This document shows positions 18,626 to 24,449 of a DNA stretch of 24,449 nt, piece after piece; position 1 is the stretch's first letter; every line of letters starts with the position of its first letter. A program made the translations under genes and the position numbers. The notes under the pieces were generated by a model, which was not told where the DNA came from, did no database searches, and saw only the letters and a list, made by a program, of their open reading frames with translations. This DNA is from Candidatus Methylomirabilia bacterium (GTDB taxonomy: Bacteria; Methylomirabilota; Methylomirabilia; Rokubacteriales; CSP1-6): positions 1 through 24,449 of the forward strand of contig JBGPXN010000064.1 in the NCBI GenBank assembly GCA_041492755.1, given 5' to 3'.

Positions 18626-19339
18626 ATGGCGAAGCTGTCAACGTTAAAGAAAGAAGCCACGACGGCCTCGGTCCAGGACTACCTGGCCGCGATCTACGAT
18701 CTCACCGGCACTGCCCGTCCCGTCATCGGCGCCCGCCTTGCCAAGCACATGGCCATCTCGGCGCCCGCCGTGACCGAAGCGATCCATCGCCTGACCCGCG
18801 CCGGCTACGTGAAGGTTGGGCGCGGCAAGGCGCTGACGCTGACGCCGAAAGGCCGCGAGATCGCGGAGGTGATGGCGCGGCGCCACCGGCTGCTCGAGCG
18901 CTGGCTCACCGACGCGCTCGGCCTGAACTGGACCGACGCCCACGAGGAAGCGCATCGGCTCGAGCACGCCCTGTCGCCCCGGGTGGAGGAGAAACTGGCC
19001 GCGATGCTGGGGATGCCGAGCACGTGTCCGCACGGCAATCCCATTCCCGGCATGGTGGGCAAACCTTCGCGCGTCAAGCCGTTCCCGCTGGCGCAGGCCA
19101 AGGAAGGCGCCACCGTCGTGGTCGAGCGCATTACCGAGGAGGCGGAAGCGGACAAGAACCTCCTCGAGCACCTCTGGCGGAACGACGTGCGCCCCGGGCG
19201 GCGGTTGCGGATCACCGAAGTCGCACCGTGGGCCGGCACCATCACCGCCTCCGGGGACGGCAGGACGATCGCGCTCGGGTTGCCGGCGGCCGCGAAGATC
19301 TGGGTCTACGAACCGACGGAGTCTCCGCGCGAGGGATGA
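18626..19339 (+). CDS. DtxR/MntR/IdeR family metal-dependent repressor with C-terminal FeoA domain
   Basis: DYLAAIY, wHTH, RRHRLLERWL, AHEEAHRLEH, PSTCPHGNPIP, FeoA-like C-terminus. Confidence 0.93.
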   Translation: MAKLSTLKKEATTASVQDYLAAIYDLTGTARPVIGARLAKHMAISAPAVTEAIHRLTRAGYVKVGRGKALTLTPKGREIAEVMARRHRLLERWLTDALGLNWTDAHEEAHRLEHALSPRVEEKLAAMLGMPSTCPHGNPIPGMVGKPSRVKPFPLAQAKEGATVVVERITEEAEADKNLLEHLWRNDVRPGRRLRITEVAPWAGTITASGDGRTIALGLPAAAKIWVYEPTESPREG

Positions 19340-19668
19340 GGCTCGTCCGCTGGCTGCTGGTTGCGTTCGCCATCTTCTACGCCGTCTACTGCGTGGCCAC
19401 GACGGCGTGGGCCTACATCGAGCTGTCTTACGTGGTCGAACAGGCGCTCGCCGGGCCGGCACGGAGCGGCGGTGGCACCCTCCGGCGCACCATCATCATG
19501 AACGCCGCCGAGAGGGGCATCCCGCTGAAGGAAGGCGACGTCTACGTGAACGAGGCCAACCGCGTCATCCTCGTCCGCGTGAAGTGGTCGTTCCCGGCCG
19601 TCCGCTGGCAGGGGGACGACATCGTGGAGATCCCGGTCTGGGTGGAACGGTCCGTCGCAGCACCGTGA
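19336..19668 (+). CDS. Hypothetical membrane-anchored protein (110 aa)
   Basis: ATGA overlap with the repressor stop; N-terminal TM helix followed by a small alpha/beta-like domain. Confidence 0.65.
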   Translation: MRLVRWLLVAFAIFYAVYCVATTAWAYIELSYVVEQALAGPARSGGGTLRRTIIMNAAERGIPLKEGDVYVNEANRVILVRVKWSFPAVRWQGDDIVEIPVWVERSVAAP

Positions 19669-19680
19669 GCGCGGCGACCG

Positions 19681-20649
19681 CTACTTCCGGCTGGTCGGCT
19701 TGGCCCTGGCCTCCGCGAGCATCTTCGTCACGCGCTCGCGGTCCTCGCCCGGCGGCGCGACCGCGATGAATTTCTCCCACGACTTGATCGCGGCCGGCGC
19801 GTCGCCCTTGACCTCGTAGAGGACCTGACCGCGGTAGAGGAGCGCCGGCGCGTAGTTCGGGTCGATCGCGAGCGCCTTGTCGAACGACTCCAGCGCGCCG
19901 TCGGCGTGGCCGCCGATGGCCACGACGAGCCCTAGATGCGTCATCGCGTCGACGTTCTTGGGGTCACGTTTGAGCACGGCCTGGTACGCCGCGATCGCTT
20001 CCCCGTAGCGGCCTTCGAACAGACTGCTCCGCGCGGCCTCCAGCATGCCGCGAAGCATCTCAGGGGTCACCGGCCGTGGCGCGCCACTCCCGCCGCCTCC
20101 GGGCGGCTGGCCCATCGGTGACGGTCCGGCGCCCGTCGGTCCCGGCGCATCCAGGGTGGCGAGCGGGCGCGATCCGGGCAGGGGACCGGACTGCCGATCC
20201 GGCTCCGTGTAGCGCATGACCCCCACGCCGATCGCGACGCCGAACGCCAGCAGGGCGACCGCGCTCGTACCGATGGCGAGCGGGTGCCTCCAGCCCAATG
20301 ACGGCCGGGCGCCGGTGACGTCCTTTTCCTTTTTTGGCGGCGCCTCCGGCTTCGGGTGCGGAGCGCCGAGGCGGTCGAGCTCGCCCAGGATCGTCGCGGC
20401 CTCGGCCTCGTAGCGCGCGCGCAAGTCGGCGTAGTCGTCGTCGGAGATGTGGCCGGCGTCGTGCTCGAAGTCGAGCTCGCGCAGGGTTCGCAGCACGCGA
20501 CGCTTCTGCTCGCCGAGCTGCTCCCGGGCGTCGGGCGGCATCGGCAGGAACGCTCGGCGCGCTTCGTGGCGCCGCCGGAGCAGCGGCCAGAGCGTCCACA
20601 CCAACCCCGGCACGCCGATCAGCACCACCACCAGCGCCACGCCTCTCAC
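19681..20649 (-). CDS. CcmI/CycH-like cytochrome c biogenesis TPR protein
   Basis: GTG at 20649 overlaps the ccmH stop. TM, then LRELDFEHDAGHISDDDYADLRARYE, a second TM, and C-terminal TPRs. Confidence 0.8.
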   Translation of the reverse strand: MRGVALVVVLIGVPGLVWTLWPLLRRRHEARRAFLPMPPDAREQLGEQKRRVLRTLRELDFEHDAGHISDDDYADLRARYEAEAATILGELDRLGAPHPKPEAPPKKEKDVTGARPSLGWRHPLAIGTSAVALLAFGVAIGVGVMRYTEPDRQSGPLPGSRPLATLDAPGPTGAGPSPMGQPPGGGGSGAPRPVTPEMLRGMLEAARSSLFEGRYGEAIAAYQAVLKRDPKNVDAMTHLGLVVAIGGHADGALESFDKALAIDPNYAPALLYRGQVLYEVKGDAPAAIKSWEKFIAVAPPGEDRERVTKMLAEARAKPTSRK

Positions 20650-21143
20650 GCTTCGTTCTCCATCTCGCGCCGGATGCGCTCGCTCATCGCCGGATCGACG
20701 GCCGGCGGCGGCGGTGTCCGGCGGCGGACCCAGCGGCGCACCACCAACGCGACCACGACGACGCCGACGAGGATCGCGAACGGGGGCAGCAGCCACACGA
20801 GCAGGTTGAAGCCGTGGCGCCGGGGGGCGAGCAGGATCCACTCGCCGTACTTGTCGACGAAGTACTCGATGACCTGAGCGGGCCGCTCACCGCTGGCGAG
20901 ACGCTCGCGGATGACCGCGCGCATCTGCTGCGCCATCTGCGACGGCGAATCGGCGACGGAGAGGTTCTGGCACACGACGCAGCGGAGTTGCGAGGCCACC
21001 TCATACACGGCCGCGTCGTGGACGGGCACTGCCGGCGGCTGCGCCGCCACCTGCGCAACCGGAACGACGAGAAGGCCGACGGCGAAGAGAACGACGGCGA
21101 GGGCGTTGCCACGGCACGTCCGGGACACCCGCATAGGGTACAC
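20646..21143 (-). CDS. ccmH: Cytochrome c-type biogenesis protein CcmH/CycL
   Basis: LRCVVCQNLSVADS, YFVDKYGEWILLAP, LLVWLLP; start GTG 21143 or ATG 21134. Confidence 0.92.
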   Translation of the reverse strand: MYPMRVSRTCRGNALAVVLFAVGLLVVPVAQVAAQPPAVPVHDAAVYEVASQLRCVVCQNLSVADSPSQMAQQMRAVIRERLASGERPAQVIEYFVDKYGEWILLAPRRHGFNLLVWLLPPFAILVGVVVVALVVRRWVRRRTPPPPAVDPAMSERIRREMENEA

Positions 21144-21168
21144 CGGGCGGCCGGCCGATTCAGCCGTT

Positions 21169-21190
21169 CGTCACGCTCGCTCGCGTGACG
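21169..21190 (-). terminator. Hairpin downstream of the secreted protein gene
   Basis: 8-bp stem cgtcacgc/gcgtgacg; no U-tract. Confidence 0.3.
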
Positions 21191-21202
21191 CGGTCCGGGT
21201 GC

Positions 21203-21964
21203 TTATTGCAGCTCGATCCTCCACACGGGCCCCAGGAAGTAGAGCGGTCCTTCGAATCGCAGGAAGCTCGGCGCCTCGCCCTCCAGGATCCACGTCTGCA
21301 TCGGGGCCAGGTCGGAAACGAGCAACGAAGCGAACAGGCCGAGCTGTGGCTTGATGAGGTAGCGGGTGGCGCGCTCCAGGGAGTCGGCGACGAGGACGGT
21401 GTCCTGGGTGGCCGGCTCCAGCAGGAGCTTCACGACCCGCGGCTTGGGCGTGAACGCGAGGATCTGGACCGTCGCGCTGCCCCGGGGTGGCAGGTTCTTC
21501 AACACGACGCCGATCATGCCGTTGTAGACGTCGTCGGGCAGCGTCATGCGTCCGGACACGACGTCCTCGGGGCTGTCCTGGTCCGCGCGATACCGCACGG
21601 TGTAGCGCCCGCTCTCCCGGTCGATGCTGGCGTCGATGGTCTCGGGGAAGGACGGCCCGCGCTGGATGATGCGATAGCCGAGGAGGCTGAACGTCCCGCG
21701 CTGCGAGAAGACGACGCCTTCGTCGTAGAGCGAGCCGTCGGTGAACCGGAACACGAGGCGACTCTCGACACGGTCGCCGCGGGCGATCTGGGTGAGATCG
21801 CCTTGCGCCAGCTTCGTGCCGTTGGCGGCCCGCAACACGGGAAAGCCGCGCGTGATGCCTTCGCTGAACTGCACGGAAATGGCCTCGGCGCTGGCAAGTC
21901 GGGCACTGAGCACCAGCGTGAGGACCACCCCCAGCACAACGCGTGAGACGGTCCACCCCTTCAC
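21203..21964 (-). CDS. Hypothetical secreted beta-rich protein (253 aa)
   Basis: GTG at 21964 with GGAGGT SD; signal peptide ending ASA/AEA; host-like codon usage. Confidence 0.75.
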   Translation of the reverse strand: MKGWTVSRVVLGVVLTLVLSARLASAEAISVQFSEGITRGFPVLRAANGTKLAQGDLTQIARGDRVESRLVFRFTDGSLYDEGVVFSQRGTFSLLGYRIIQRGPSFPETIDASIDRESGRYTVRYRADQDSPEDVVSGRMTLPDDVYNGMIGVVLKNLPPRGSATVQILAFTPKPRVVKLLLEPATQDTVLVADSLERATRYLIKPQLGLFASLLVSDLAPMQTWILEGEAPSFLRFEGPLYFLGPVWRIELQ

Positions 21965-22159
21965 GTCAGCACCTCCGGCGCAAGATACTTCGGTGACAGC
22001 AAGGCTCATGCCTTGGGCGGCAGCGCGGCGGCGTCCCGAAAAGTGGTCCCCAAATAACGTTCCGCCGTGCCCAGGTCGCCGGCTGGCGCGACGGCGTGCC
22101 AGGGGGACGCTGACATTGTTACAAGGCCGACAGTCGGTTCTACACAGGCGGACAGTAAT

Positions 22160-22307
22160 TACACGGTGCAGGTCTCCTTCCGCGAGCACACCCTCGCGCC
22201 CGAGCCGTTCCTGATCGTCGGTCTCATGGTGATGATCCTGGGGCGGGCTGGTGATCTCGCTCGCGCTGCTCCGGCGCCAGGGTCTACGCCCGGCCGAGCG
22301 GTCGTGA
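22160..22307 (+). pseudogene. PsiE-family (phosphate-starvation-inducible E) membrane protein remnant
   Basis: YTVQVSFREHTLAPEPFLIVGL resembles, from recall, the core of PsiE-family proteins. It continues VMIL and, after a frameshift, LVISLALLRRQGLRPAERS*. No start codon or N-terminus. Confidence 0.55.
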
Positions 22308-22355
22308 CGGGTCGCGGCACCCGCCCTGGTCGGCGCGCGACGGGCGCCACCGCCG

Positions 22356-23489
22356 TCAGCGTGGCGCGGTGGCCTGGTCCTTCAGCTCGCCCAGCGTGAC
22401 CTTCACGGTGTGTTGACCGCCGCGGTTCGCTACCTGCAGGGCGATCGTGGTGCCCGGCGGCGTCCCGGCGACGCGGCGGGTGAGATCGAGCGGATCCTGA
22501 ACCGGGGCGCCATCGAACGCGATGATGACGTCACCCGGCTTCAAGCCGGCGCGCGCGGCCGGTGAGCCGTTCACGATTTCCGCCACGACCGCGCCCCGGC
22601 GTGCGGGCAGTTGGGCGCGGGCGGCAGCGTCGGGTGAGACCGGCACCACCGACACGCCGAGGTAACCGCGCGTGACCTTGCCGGCGGCCCGAAGCTGCGG
22701 CAGGACCTGCTTGGCAAGGTTCACCGGGATGGCGAAGCCGATACCGCTCCAGCCGCCGCTTTGCGAGAAGATCGCCGAGTTGATTCCCACCAGCAGGCCC
22801 CGCGTATCCACCAGCGGACCGCCGGAGTTCCCGGGGTTGATCGACGCGTCGGTCTGGATGAAGTCGTCGTAGGGACCGCTGCCGATGAAGCGTTCCTTGG
22901 CGCTCACGATGCCGGTGGTGACGGTCTGCTCGAGCCCGAACGGGTTGCCCACGGCCATCACGGGCTCGCCCACCTCGACCCGGTCGGAATCACCGAACGG
23001 GATCACGGGAACTCCGCTGACGTCGATCTTGAGCAGCGCGAGGTCGGTCTTGGGATCGCTGCCCACGAGCTTGGCGCGGAACTCGCGATGGTCGGCGAGC
23101 CGGACGACGATCTCGGCGGCGTCCTTCACGACGTGAAAGTTGGTGACGACGTACCCATCGGTTGACGCCATGAGGCCCGAGCCCAGGCTCATCGCTTGTC
23201 GGGGCGGCGCGCCCTCGAAGAACCGGCGGAAGAATTCCTCGCCGAGCGGGTTCCGCGTGCGCTGGGTCGTGCTCACGTTCACCACCGCGGGCCGCACGGC
23301 GCGCGCGACCTCCACCCAGATCCCGAGCTCGCGCGGGATGGGCGTGAGCTCGCGTCGCTCCTGCCAGAACGGCTGGGCCTCCAGGCGCGTCGGCCGGTGG
23401 ACATCCAGACGGATCGACACCACGCCGACCATCACGAGCACCACCGCGATCAGTGCGATCACCGCGACGAGGATTCCGAGTCGTCGCAT
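22356..23489 (-). CDS. HtrA/DegP-family trypsin-like serine protease with one PDZ domain and an N-terminal TM anchor
   Basis: TNFHVV, DPKTDLA, IQTDASINPGNSGGPL catalytic triad; PDZ RGYLGV...GSPAARAGLKPGDVI. Confidence 0.93.
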   Translation of the reverse strand: MRRLGILVAVIALIAVVLVMVGVVSIRLDVHRPTRLEAQPFWQERRELTPIPRELGIWVEVARAVRPAVVNVSTTQRTRNPLGEEFFRRFFEGAPPRQAMSLGSGLMASTDGYVVTNFHVVKDAAEIVVRLADHREFRAKLVGSDPKTDLALLKIDVSGVPVIPFGDSDRVEVGEPVMAVGNPFGLEQTVTTGIVSAKERFIGSGPYDDFIQTDASINPGNSGGPLVDTRGLLVGINSAIFSQSGGWSGIGFAIPVNLAKQVLPQLRAAGKVTRGYLGVSVVPVSPDAAARAQLPARRGAVVAEIVNGSPAARAGLKPGDVIIAFDGAPVQDPLDLTRRVAGTPPGTTIALQVANRGGQHTVKVTLGELKDQATAPR

Positions 23490-23508
23490 CAACCGTCCCG
23501 GGTGCGCG

Positions 23509-24033
23509 CTATTCGGCGAGCAACCGTTCGACGGTGCCGCGGAAGACGTCCTCGGTCACGGCGCCGACGTGCTTGAGTCGGATCCGGCCCTGGCGGTCGA
23601 TGAAGAACGTCTCGGGCACGCCGTACACGCCGTAGTCGATCGAGACCCGACCGTTGAGGTCGCGCACATTGGGGAACGTCAGCTTGAACTGGTCGATGAA
23701 CTTCTGCGCGGCCTCCGTCGTGTCCTGGATGTCCACGCCGACGACCATAACGCCGCGATCCCGCCATTGCCGCCAGCTCCTCTCCAGCACCGGCGCCTCT
23801 TCGTAGCACGCGGGGTAGCACCACGATGCCCAGAAGTTCACGATGACCACCTTGCCCCGCAGGCTTTCCAGCGCGACCGGCTGGCCCTCGAGCGCCTTGA
23901 GCGTGAAGAGCGCGGCCGGCCGGCCCACGAGCGGTGAGGGGACGTCCCGCGGATTGAGCTTGAAGCCGTAGGCCAGGAGCGCGATCACGGGAATGGCCGA
24001 CAGCGGTATCAGCCATCGCCACGCACGCTTCAC
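23509..24033 (-). CDS. TlpA/CcmG-like thiol-disulfide oxidoreductase
   Basis: TM anchor, GKVVIVNFWASWCYPAC, YGVYGVPETFFIDRQG; lies downstream of ccmF. Confidence 0.88.
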   Translation of the reverse strand: MKRAWRWLIPLSAIPVIALLAYGFKLNPRDVPSPLVGRPAALFTLKALEGQPVALESLRGKVVIVNFWASWCYPACYEEAPVLERSWRQWRDRGVMVVGVDIQDTTEAAQKFIDQFKLTFPNVRDLNGRVSIDYGVYGVPETFFIDRQGRIRLKHVGAVTEDVFRGTVERLLAE

Positions 24034-24070
24034 GTCGGCCGGCTCCGGGGCCGCGCCCGTCGTGGCGCCG

Positions 24071-24449
24071 TCATGCCGCGCGGCGGCGCTCGGGCAGGAT
24101 GGCGAGCAGCGCGCCCAGGGTGAGCACGAGCCCGCCGATCCAGATCACGGTCACCATGCGATTGACCTGCATCTTGATGGTCGCCTGTGAGCCGTCGCGC
24201 GCGAAGTCACCGAGCACGAGGTAGAGGTCTTCCCGCAGGCCCATCCAGTAGTCGACGCCGGCGATGGGGGACTGTTCTTGAGGATAGAACTTCTTCGACG
24301 GCTGCATGACGGACGGCCCGCCGCGGCCGTTGGCGACGGTGAAGCGCCCGGTGACCTTGAAATGGTTGGACTCCTCGGCGGGCGACAGCCCGTCGAAGCG
24401 GACGCGATAGCCGGCCAGCTCCGTCGTCTCGCCGCGCTTCAGCGTGGTC
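24071..24449 (-). CDS. ccmF: Heme lyase CcmF/NrfE, C-terminal part (5' end outside the window)
   Basis: TLKRGETTELAGYRVRFDG...PSKKFYP...EDLYLVLG...VNRMVTVIWIGGLVLTLGALLA; consistent with the ccm context. Confidence 0.85.
   Translation of the reverse strand, partial: TTLKRGETTELAGYRVRFDGLSPAEESNHFKVTGRFTVANGRGGPSVMQPSKKFYPQEQSPIAGVDYWMGLREDLYLVLGDFARDGSQATIKMQVNRMVTVIWIGGLVLTLGALLAILPERRRAA

Noticed and set aside
22086..22102. Sigma-54-like TGGCACG on the minus strand
   Set aside because: No GC at the required -12 spacing.

Overview
A GC-rich (about 70% by eye) bacterial chromosomal segment. Gene content and style suggest Ca. Rokubacteria/Methylomirabilota, which is an inference only. The housekeeping and metabolic genes are: an ABC exporter with a C-terminal cNMP-binding domain (partial), tartrate/D-malate dehydrogenase, an orphan molybdopterin oxidoreductase, DUF1624- and DUF3185-like membrane proteins, citramalate synthase, GNAT, RraA-like, HEAT/TPR, ligA, an Fe3+ ABC pair (futA/futB-like) divergent from a DtxR/MntR repressor with a palindromic operator, and a cytochrome c maturation cluster (ccmF, TlpA/ccmG, ccmH, ccmI-like) interrupted by an HtrA protease and a secreted protein. 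The accessory zone (about 8.4-11.7 kb) has four notable parts: (i) a roughly 230-bp MITE-like long inverted repeat; (ii) an adjacent CTAG-rich stretch of possibly foreign origin; (iii) a decayed 1.87-kb tyrosine-integrase element bounded by a perfect 21-bp direct repeat of the GNAT 3' end, with paired arm-type repeats; (iv) inside that element, a compact three-way-junction RNA candidate and two small orphan genes. Three genes (DinB-like, Kelch, PsiE-like) survive only as internally deleted remnants. Family assignments come from motif recognition; no searches were run.
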